From Opitutia bacterium KCR 482 (GTDB lineage Bacteria; Verrucomicrobiota; Verrucomicrobiia; Opitutales; Intestinicryptomonadaceae), in contig CP149973.1 of assembly GCA_029269845.2 (NCBI GenBank), positions 1,890,001 to 1,922,000 on the forward strand: a stretch of 32,000 nucleotides of DNA, given 5' to 3'. The notes beneath the pieces were generated by a model, which was not told the origin of the DNA, made no database searches, and was given only the letters and a program-made list of their open reading frames with translations. Numbering within the stretch: the stretch's first letter is position 1; every line of letters begins with the position of its first letter. The translations under genes were made by a program, and so were the position numbers. Below, piece after piece: positions 25,213-32,000 of the stretch.

Positions 25213-27099
25213 TTATTCGAAAACCGCGAGCGGAAATTCCGACGGCGTGGATTCTATTTTCGCTTTCGCCGCGGAATTTGTAAGCCGCGCGTCGGCTTCG
25301 GGAGAGTCGGGGTTGTCGAAGTCGTCCACGATTACGCCTATTCCCATTACGGCGTTGGCGGCGAGCTTTTGCGGAAGCATTGCGGTGGCTTCGAATTCGA
25401 GTTCGAGCATGTATCCGCCGTCCGTCTTCCTGAACGCGCCCCTGACGTCGTCGGCGAACGTGTGCACTTTCGCGCCGAGAATGCCGAGCGTAAGCTGCAC
25501 GTCGGGCACGGACAGCCTGTAAACTTTCGCTTCGTCCGAGCCTTTCGTCTTCCAGATTTTGAAGTGCCAGTCGTCCGCGCCGAGCCGCCGCTCTTCGGGC
25601 GTGTCGGCGGCGTCGGCAAGGGTATCGAAAATAATCTCGACGGCGTCGGCGCGCGCTCCCGCGTCGGCGGAGTCGCCGTCTGCTTCGAGGAATTTGTCGT
25701 CGCGCACAAAGACTGCAATCCGCAGTTTGTCGGCGTCGCGCAGAATTTTGTAGCGCGCTGAAAACTGCTCCGCCGTCGGGTTGATTCCCCTGCTCCACAG
25801 CTTTTCCGAGCGTCTTATGTTGTCGAGGCTTATCGGCGGAACGCCCTCCCATTTGTCCCAGTTTTTGCCGATTTCGCCGAAGTCTTCGCGCGTGTTTTTT
25901 ACGAGGAGCGCGCGGAAGCTTTTTGGGTAGGTGAAGTCGCGCTTTACGGGCGAGGCGAGCGAGAGCGAAATTTTTTCGGCGAACTTTTTTATCGCGGTAT
26001 CGGTTATTTTTGCGGGCGCGGAAAAGACGAATTTCCGCGAGTCGTTTTCGGCAATCGCAAAGTTTTGGGAATCGCCGCGAAGCCCGATTTTCCCGCGCAT
26101 TTCGGCGGTGTAGGGGTTGCCCGCCGAGACCGAAAATTTGCCCGCCGAAACCGGCGCAAACTTTACCTTCGGCAAAATCGGCGCGTTCGATTTCCACTTT
26201 GCCGACTTCAACGCCGCCGCCAGTTCGCCCGCGCTTGCCGCCCGCAGGAATACGGGGAAAATCGAGAGCCGCAGCCGGTCGGAGCCGTCGGCGTTTTTGT
26301 CGAAGCTTCTTTCATGCCCCATGATGTCGAAAAGCTCCGTTCCGCGCGGCGCGGCAAACGACATTTCGGGCGGGCGCATTGTTCCCCTGTCGAACTCCTT
26401 TTTGCACGCCCAGATTGCGGCAACCGCCTTGCCCGCGCCGTCGTCGAATACAAAACAGCGCGTGTCGGCAAAGACCTTCAATTCGAAGAGAAAATCCGAC
26501 TCTCCCAGAAGATTGCCGAGCGTGTTCGGCACAATGTGGTACGCGTAGGGCGAAAGCGTCGCGTCCATCTGCGACACCCCGTAGTTGGAGGCGTTCATCG
26601 ATTTTATGTTCGCGTACTTCAAGCCCACAAGCCAAGTCCGCGCGCGCAGGGCGGTCGCAAGCCTTTCGCCGTGCCCGATGTCGTAGGTGTACGGAAGCAC
26701 GCCGCGCAGGGGTTTTGCCCGCCGCTCCAAATCGGTTATAAACGGCACGTCGTAGCAGTGTACGGGCAGCCAGTGCATGCCCTCCGGCGAGTAGACGTCG
26801 ATGTTTTCGTAGCCGTGTTTTTTGAAGACGGCAAAGAGGCTTTCGTAGTTTTCGTCAAGGGTGGGGCGCGGATATTCTGGCGCACCGCGGTAGATGTGCG
26901 CTCCCGCGCAGTCGTATTTTATCCCGCGTTTGCGGGTTTCTTCGAGGAGTCTGTCGAAGAACGTTATTCTGTCGTCGCGGGCGAGGGTGGACGTAATGCT
27001 TGTGGAGAGCCGCGCCGACTGCGGAGAAATTCTTTGCGCAGACAAAATCGAGCGTGCGCTTTTCCCTGAAGTCTGCCTGCGATTCGAAAAGCGGGGCAT
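25213..27099 (-). CDS. Carbohydrate-active-like protein with a C-terminal CBM9/DOMON-like domain; the 5' end is probably frameshifted from a lipoprotein signal at 27196
   Basis: The C-terminal segment KLRIAVFVRDDKFLEADG...DAVEIIFD...DDWHFKIW...GGYMLELEF fits the CBM9-like pattern (D..l.iav.v.Dd....D.vE.f.D). The first 30 or so codons (MPRFSNRRQTSGKSARS...) look non-coding. Confidence 0.6.
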   Translation of the reverse strand: MPRFSNRRQTSGKSARSILSAQRISPQSARLSTSITSTLARDDRITFFDRLLEETRKRGIKYDCAGAHIYRGAPEYPRPTLDENYESLFAVFKKHGYENIDVYSPEGMHWLPVHCYDVPFITDLERRAKPLRGVLPYTYDIGHGERLATALRARTWLVGLKYANIKSMNASNYGVSQMDATLSPYAYHIVPNTLGNLLGESDFLFELKVFADTRCFVFDDGAGKAVAAIWACKKEFDRGTMRPPEMSFAAPRGTELFDIMGHERSFDKNADGSDRLRLSIFPVFLRAASAGELAAALKSAKWKSNAPILPKVKFAPVSAGKFSVSAGNPYTAEMRGKIGLRGDSQNFAIAENDSRKFVFSAPAKITDTAIKKFAEKISLSLASPVKRDFTYPKSFRALLVKNTREDFGEIGKNWDKWEGVPPISLDNIRRSEKLWSRGINPTAEQFSARYKILRDADKLRIAVFVRDDKFLEADGDSADAGARADAVEIIFDTLADAADTPEERRLGADDWHFKIWKTKGSDEAKVYRLSVPDVQLTLGILGAKVHTFADDVRGAFRKTDGGYMLELEFEATAMLPQKLAANAVMGIGVIVDDFDNPDSPEADARLTNSAAKAKIESTPSEFPLAVFE

Positions 27100-27196
27100 C
27101 GTAAATCGGGGGCGGCGTCTCCTTTGAGCACGCGCAGAAAATTTGCGCGGCGGCGAAAAGAATTGCGGGCAGTTTCAGGGCTTTCGATATGATCAT
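27010..27196 (-). other. Out-of-frame 5' segment encoding a lipoprotein-type signal peptide, probably the original N-terminus of the 25213..27099 gene
   Basis: From ATG 27196: MIISKALKLPAILFAAAQIFCACSKETPPPIYDAPLFESQADFREKRTLDFV... Downstream of about 27020 this frame degenerates into an Arg-rich read-through, while the neighbouring frame becomes protein-like. Confidence 0.4.
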
Positions 27197-27258
27197 AAAG
27201 GCAAGCAAACCCGAAAAATTCCATTATGTCAATCGAATGAGGCGCGGCGGGCGGGCGC

Positions 27259-27296
27259 AAAAAAACTTCGCGCCGAATATACCGCGCGAAGTTTTT
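27259..27296 (-). terminator. Intrinsic terminator after the EEP-family gene; the symmetric structure could act in both directions
   Basis: 11-bp stem AAACTTCGCGC (27263-27273) / GCGCGAAGTTT (27284-27294), 10-nt loop, flanked by A7 on the left and T-rich sequence on the right. It lies 18 nt beyond the stop at 27314. Confidence 0.75.
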
Positions 27297-27313
27297 CCCC
27301 GAAACCGAAAGCG

Positions 27314-28267
27314 TTAGTTGCCTATTTTCGCTTTTATCAACAAAGGAAAGTGATCCGAAAGCCATACGCCGTTCTGGTTGTCGGCAAGAACTCCAAACTT
27401 CAATACATTTACATCTCCCGAAACGAAAATCCAATCTATCCAATTCGTCCAATCCGTTCCCTTCCCTGTGTACCAATAATTGTCGGTAAATTTTGGTCCG
27501 TAAAACGGAGTCTTGGAAATTTTACGAGCATCGTGCATATATCCCGAAGCCTGTATCACGCCAATGGCTTGCGTCGTCGGATTGGAGTTTAAATCTCCCA
27601 TCGCAAAGAACGTGCCGTCTCCCGCTATTTCCCTTATCTTTTTTACAAGCAATTTCGCCGACTCCAAGCGGATATTCTCTCCTATGTGGTGGAAGTGCAT
27701 ATTGAAAAAGTGGAAAGTTTTTCCCGTCTTTTTGTCCAAGAATTTCCCCCAGTTGCAGTTGCGGGGATACGCCGCACCCCAACCGCGGGATTCCTTCTCG
27801 GGCGTGTCCGAAAACCAAAATACTCCGCTTTCGAGAAGGTCGAATCTGTCCTTCCTATAAATGATTACGTTGTTGTGGTTGACTTTTCCCTTCGCCTCGG
27901 CGGACGGTGTAGTGGGCACGCCGAATATCGCGTATTCCTCCATCTTCCTCATATCGTCCACCTGATTCTTGTAAAGCTCCTGCGTGCCGCAAATGTCGAC
28001 TTCGTTGTAGCGCAAAAAGTCCTTTATTAGCGGGCAGCGTTTTTCCCAAGTACAGGAACCGTCTCTGACTTCGCATTCCCTTCCCTTATCGTCCTTGTAG
28101 GTCTTGGTTATCCTGCCGTCGTTCTTGCAGTCAAACCTCATATTGAACTGGCATATATTGATATCCGCATTCCTGCCTTCCCCTTCAGGCGTCGCACAAC
28201 CTAAAAAAGAAATCGACACCACGCCTGCCATCAGTCCGAAAAATAATTTTCTCAAAGTTATTCTCAT
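27314..28267 (-). CDS. Endonuclease/exonuclease/phosphatase (EEP) family lipoprotein
   Basis: MRITLRKLFFGLMAGVVSISFLGC (lipobox). EEP motifs are ICQFNMRF, DICGTQE, FFAMGDLN, IDWIFVSG and SDHFPL. GGAG lies 9 nt upstream of ATG 28267. The track ORF extends to 28405. Confidence 0.8.
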   Translation of the reverse strand: MRITLRKLFFGLMAGVVSISFLGCATPEGEGRNADINICQFNMRFDCKNDGRITKTYKDDKGRECEVRDGSCTWEKRCPLIKDFLRYNEVDICGTQELYKNQVDDMRKMEEYAIFGVPTTPSAEAKGKVNHNNVIIYRKDRFDLLESGVFWFSDTPEKESRGWGAAYPRNCNWGKFLDKKTGKTFHFFNMHFHHIGENIRLESAKLLVKKIREIAGDGTFFAMGDLNSNPTTQAIGVIQASGYMHDARKISKTPFYGPKFTDNYWYTGKGTDWTNWIDWIFVSGDVNVLKFGVLADNQNGVWLSDHFPLLIKAKIGN

Positions 28268-28626
28268 AATTTTAAACTCCATTTCAGTAGTAGAACAAAT
28301 GAATTGTAGAACAAATGAATTGGTCTTTTTCAAGTTAAAAACGATGTTTCGTTGAAAAAAGGACGGATTCGAAAGGGATAATTGATTTACCAAAGAGAAA
28401 GGCAAATCAAACAGGTAAGATTCTTCATATTACCGTTTGAAAGCGAAATACGGCGAATGGAATCCGAGAATGTTGGGAGTTCGCGAGTCCGAACGTTGGA
28501 AACGCATAACAACCAAGCAGATGTCCGACATAACAATGCCGACAACACCAACTCGAAGAGCCACGGAGAACGGGCAAACATAAAGCTTCAACATTACCGA
28601 AATATTGCGCGGCAGCGACAGCCTAA

Positions 28627-31347
28627 CTATCTGTTCAGCCCCAGCAAAAATTCCACGTTCGTCCGCACCTTTTTGAGCCGCTGGACGAGCATTTCCATGG
28701 CGTCGGTTGCGGGCACGCCTTTCATTGCGCGGCGAAGGGCGTAGATTTTCGACATTTCGTCGGGGTGGTAGAGCAGTTCCTCCTTGCGCGTTCCGCTCTT
28801 TTCGATGTTGATTGCGGGGAAAATGCGCTTGTCGGAAAGGGCGCGGTCGAGGTGCAGTTCCAAGTTGCCAGTTCCCTTGAATTCCTCGAAGATGACTTCG
28901 TCCATTTTGCTTCCCGTTTCGACGAGCGCCGTTCCTATGATTGTCAGCGACCCGCCGCCTTCGATGTTCCTTGCCGAGCCGAAGAATTTTTTCGGCTTTT
29001 GCAGGGCGTTCGCCTCTACGCCGCCCGACATCGTGCGCCCTCCGTTGGGCATGAGAGCGTTGTACGCTCTCGCGAGCCTTGTGATGGAGTCGAGCAGAAT
29101 CACGACGTCAAGACCGCGTTCGACCATTCGGCGCGCGCGGCTTACGACCATCTCCGCCGCGTGGACGTGGCTCGACGCCTCTTCGTCGAAAGTGGACGCC
29201 ACAACTTCCGCGTCCACGTTTCGCTTGAAGTCCGTCACTTCTTCGGGGCGTTCGTCAACGAGCAGTATTATGAGGTGCGCGTCGGGCGCGTTGCGGCGTA
29301 TCGACTTCGCCATTCCCTGCATGAGCACGGTTTTGCCCGTGCGCGGCGGCGCGACGATTAGCGCGCGCTGTCCGAAGCCGATTGGCGTCAGCAAATCGAC
29401 CGCGCGCATCGAGAGGTTTTCCGGCTCGCCCGTCGATTCCAAAATGATTCTGCGCGTGGGGTAGTAGGGCGTGAGGTCTGTGAACGGAACAATGTTTTTC
29501 GCCTTTTCGGGGTCGCCGTCCATTACGGAAGTGATTGCCACGGCAATCGGGCAGTTTTCGCGCCCGAATTCGCGCGGCGGCATTGCGAGCGCGCCGACGG
29601 TGTGCCCGCGTTTCAGCCCGTATTTGTCCACGAACATTTGCGGAACGTACACCGAGTTCCTGCCGAGCCTGTAATTTTCCGAAGCGAACGTTATCGCGCC
29701 GCCGAAGCCGTCCTCGAACACGTCGAGAGTGCCGCGCACGCGCACGAGCTTTTTGAGCGCGAACGCGTATTTGAAGTAATCCGCAAGAAGCTCCGCCTTG
29801 CCGATTCCCGCGCGGCAGGGAACCCCGAGTTCCGCGAATTTTTCGCGGATTTCGCGAATCCCCAATTTCAATATTTCGCCGAAGTCTCCGAGCGACTCTA
29901 TCGCGCCGCAGCCGTCGATTTCGAGCGTCGTGCCCTCCGAAAATTCCGCCGCTTCCTCTCCGCTTTGCGCCGCGGAGTCCGCGCCGTTTTCGGCGGCGGT
30001 TTGCGGTTTTTCCGCGTCGCCCACCGCTTTTTCGAGGCCGTATTTTTTCACGGCGGAGTCGTTGGCGTTTACCATCAGCTCCCAATAATTCATGTCGGCA
30101 ACGCTCTTTTTTGCGGGTTCTTCCGTGGCGGGCGTCGCGTCTGATTCGGGCGAAGCGGCTTGCGATGAGTTCGCGTCTCCGTTCTCTGGTTGCGTTTCCG
30201 ATTGCGCTTCGGTTTGCGCCGCGTTTGCGTCAACCGCGGCTTCCGTTTCCGTTGCGGATTCCGCCTGTTCCTGCGCTTGATGTTCGGCGTCGGGCGTTTC
30301 GGACGGGTTTACGGGAATCGCCGTTTCGAAAGATTCGGGGAAGGGCGGCATTCCGAAAAACACCTGCGCGAGCCAGTTTTTAAGCGCGGCTTCGTTTCTG
30401 AGCGCGAACCATTCGGGGAGGTCGGCGGGGTTTATGAAATCGGACTCGCCGTTTTGCGACCAGCGCGGCTTTTTCTGCTTTTGCTGTTTCTGCTGCTGGC
30501 GGTTGTCGTTGCGGTTGTCGCGCCGCTGTTGCTGGTTTTGCCCGCGTTCCGCGCCCTGCTGGCGGTTGTTGTTTTGCTGGCGGTTTTGCCTGTCGTTGCG
30601 GTTGTCGTTGGCGCGCCTGTTGTTTTGGTTGCGGTCGTTGTTGCGGTTGTCGCGCCGCTGTTGCTGCTGGTTTTGGCGGTTGTTGAAGCGGTTAAAATTT
30701 TTGTCGCGCGGGTTGCGGCGGTTTTGGGCGTCGCGCGGTTCGTCGTCGTCTGCGGCGTTTTCGTACTCGCGGGCTTCGGCTATTCTGCGCTCGGCGTCGG
30801 AGTCGTTGCGGTAGGCGTCGGGGTCGAGGTCTTCGTCTGTCGTGGAAAACGACGTCGGAATTTCGTCGTCGCCGCCGTCCGCGCTGTTTTCGGATTCCGT
30901 CGAATCCGCGCCGCTTGCCGTGTAGGCGAAGTCGTCCGACCTGTCGGAGTGCACGAAAATTTCGGACTCGTCGTTGCCGCCGTCCTCCGCGCGTTCGGGT
31001 TCTTCCGATTGCGTAGGGGCGGGGGTGTCGCGCCAAGTAGGCCCGTCGGCGCGGGGGATTTTTGCGCCGCGACCCGCGCCAGACTTTCTCTTCCGCACTT
31101 CGCTGTCGAGCGTTTCGTCGAGCGATTTCGACTGCTGGTTTTGCGCGTCCGCCGCGTTTTGTTCGCCGCCGTGAAATTCGGAAAGCTCCGCCTGCGTTGC
31201 GGATTCCGCCGTTTCGCCGTCGCGGATTTTCCTCGGCCTGCCGCGTTTTTTTGCGGGCTTTTCGGCGTCGGCGATTTCGGGATTCTTGGGTTTTCTGCCG
31301 CGTTTCTTTGCGGGTTCAACGGGTAAATTTTGTTCTTCTTCGTCCAT
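28627..31347 (-). CDS. rho: Transcription termination factor Rho with a low-complexity N-terminal extension of about 485 aa
   Basis: The C-terminal 420 or so aa are canonical Rho: a Rho_N-like helix bundle ([18 protein letters not shown]...KAELL), OB region ([12 protein letters not shown]), Walker A (APPRTGKT), [23 protein letters not shown] and [18 protein letters not shown]. Confidence 0.95.
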   Translation of the reverse strand: MDEEEQNLPVEPAKKRGRKPKNPEIADAEKPAKKRGRPRKIRDGETAESATQAELSEFHGGEQNAADAQNQQSKSLDETLDSEVRKRKSGAGRGAKIPRADGPTWRDTPAPTQSEEPERAEDGGNDESEIFVHSDRSDDFAYTASGADSTESENSADGGDDEIPTSFSTTDEDLDPDAYRNDSDAERRIAEAREYENAADDDEPRDAQNRRNPRDKNFNRFNNRQNQQQQRRDNRNNDRNQNNRRANDNRNDRQNRQQNNNRQQGAERGQNQQQRRDNRNDNRQQQKQQKQKKPRWSQNGESDFINPADLPEWFALRNEAALKNWLAQVFFGMPPFPESFETAIPVNPSETPDAEHQAQEQAESATETEAAVDANAAQTEAQSETQPENGDANSSQAASPESDATPATEEPAKKSVADMNYWELMVNANDSAVKKYGLEKAVGDAEKPQTAAENGADSAAQSGEEAAEFSEGTTLEIDGCGAIESLGDFGEILKLGIREIREKFAELGVPCRAGIGKAELLADYFKYAFALKKLVRVRGTLDVFEDGFGGAITFASENYRLGRNSVYVPQMFVDKYGLKRGHTVGALAMPPREFGRENCPIAVAITSVMDGDPEKAKNIVPFTDLTPYYPTRRIILESTGEPENLSMRAVDLLTPIGFGQRALIVAPPRTGKTVLMQGMAKSIRRNAPDAHLIILLVDERPEEVTDFKRNVDAEVVASTFDEEASSHVHAAEMVVSRARRMVERGLDVVILLDSITRLARAYNALMPNGGRTMSGGVEANALQKPKKFFGSARNIEGGGSLTIIGTALVETGSKMDEVIFEEFKGTGNLELHLDRALSDKRIFPAINIEKSGTRKEELLYHPDEMSKIYALRRAMKGVPATDAMEMLVQRLKKVRTNVEFLLGLNR
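30508..30666. repeat. 27-nt exact direct repeat inside the rho low-complexity region
   Basis: GTTGCGGTTGTCGCGCCGCTGTTGCTG occurs at 30508-30534 and 30640-30666 (plus strand). Both copies encode QQQRRDNRN on the minus strand. Confidence 0.85.
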
Positions 31348-31940
31348 TATGGATTTTTATTTAAACGTGATAGGACAAGCTCTGCCTGCCGTTTTAAAAA
31401 TGCGGTGTCGCTTTCGTTGAAAAGCACGATGTCGGCGAGTTTTGACTTTTGTTCGGGCGGCATTTGGAATGCGTCGCGCCGCGCTATTTGTTCGTCCGAC
31501 ATTCCCCTGTTCGACAGGCGGAATTTCCGCAGTGGTTCGCTACAAAAAACAGTAATGCAGAAATCGAATTTCTTTTCAAGTTTTTTCTCGAAAAGTAGCG
31601 GCACTTCCACCACCGCGATTTTCCCGTCGGGTAGTTTTTCCGCCGCCGCCCGCCATTCCCTTTCGATTGCGGGGTGTATTGCGCGTTCGATTTTCGCGAG
31701 CTTTGCGGCGTCGGAAAAAACCGCCTTTGCAATTTCCGCGCGGTTCGGTTTGCCGTCGGCTCCGTATGCGCGTTCGCCGACCGCGCGTTTGACCGCCGCG
31801 ACCACTTCGGGGTTGTTTTCGAGAGCGGCGTGCGCGAGTTTGTCGGCGTCGAGCACTTTCGCCCCGAGTTCGGCGAAAGCCTGCGCCGCCGCCGATTTCC
31901 CGCAGCCCATTCCGCCCGTCAATGCTATTGTAGTTGCCAT
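31347..31940 (-). CDS. coaE: Dephospho-CoA kinase
   Basis: [16 protein letters not shown] (P-loop at the N-terminus as in CoaE), [18 protein letters not shown]. The likely start is ATG 31940; the track ORF starts at 31982. The TAA stop overlaps the rho ATG (TAATG). Confidence 0.85.
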   Translation of the reverse strand: MATTIALTGGMGCGKSAAAQAFAELGAKVLDADKLAHAALENNPEVVAAVKRAVGERAYGADGKPNRAEIAKAVFSDAAKLAKIERAIHPAIEREWRAAAEKLPDGKIAVVEVPLLFEKKLEKKFDFCITVFCSEPLRKFRLSNRGMSDEQIARRDAFQMPPEQKSKLADIVLFNESDTAFLKRQAELVLSRLNKNP

Positions 31941-32000
31941 TGTTTTTGTTTCGGAAAGCGTTTTTATTCGGATTGCGCCCATGCGGACTGCGCGTTTTCT

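Noticed and set aside
25142-26197. 351-aa minus-strand ORF and the 334-aa plus-strand ORF (26065..27069) overlapping the CBM9-like gene
   Set aside because: Both are Arg-dominated alternative or antisense frames. The 628-aa frame carries the protein-like sequence and the CBM9-like motifs.
29255-31326. ORFs 30190..31326 (+, 378 aa), 29255..30085 (-, 276 aa), 30780..31319 (-), 29602..30144 (+) inside rho
   Set aside because: These are alternative or antisense frames of the GC-rich, repetitive rho extension. Their compositions are R/V/A/F-rich with no motifs, and the rho frame is continuous into the canonical domains.
1-32000. CRISPR arrays, rRNA genes, intact IS elements or transposase genes
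   Set aside because: No regularly spaced direct repeats, no rRNA-like sequence and no transposase-like ORFs were seen on either strand. The only recombinase signal is the truncated serine-recombinase tail at 17303-17614.

Overview
Mosaic 32-kb bacterial window. The left 16-18 kb is a low-GC accessory region: hand-counted sample lines give about 30-37% GC, against about 65% in the right half. From the left it holds a Vsr endonuclease 3' end facing a truncated C5-cytosine methyltransferase remnant, then an AbiEi/AbiEii abortive-infection (type IV TA) pair whose toxin 5' end is frameshifted, then a decayed DUF2971 gene. Next comes a tightly coupled 8-gene minus-strand operon (4106-11008) encoding only extracytoplasmic proteins: a CX4C rhodanese, a YD-repeat-like protein, a Cys-rich lipoprotein, an unknown secreted protein, a stand-alone C39-like cysteine peptidase, two DUF1573 proteins and a Wzy_C/O-antigen-ligase-like membrane protein. 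It diverges from a plus-strand operon with two esterase paralogs, a second CX4C rhodanese, MauE/DoxX and two unknown envelope proteins. A decayed phage/integrative-element remnant (tail-fibre-like gene, serine-recombinase fragment, HTH gene) abuts tRNA-His(GTG). The GC-rich right half carries two tandem paralogous secreted glycoside-hydrolase-like proteins of about 1100 aa (CBM plus clan GH-A-like barrel), a CBM9-like protein with a probable 5' frameshift, an EEP-family lipoprotein, a 906-aa Rho with an N-terminal extension of about 485 aa (AT-hook-like motifs plus an N/Q/R-rich tract), and coaE. The best candidate for an undescribed system is the rhodanese/MauE-flanked envelope operon at 4106-11008. 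All family assignments come from motif recognition by eye; no searches were run.
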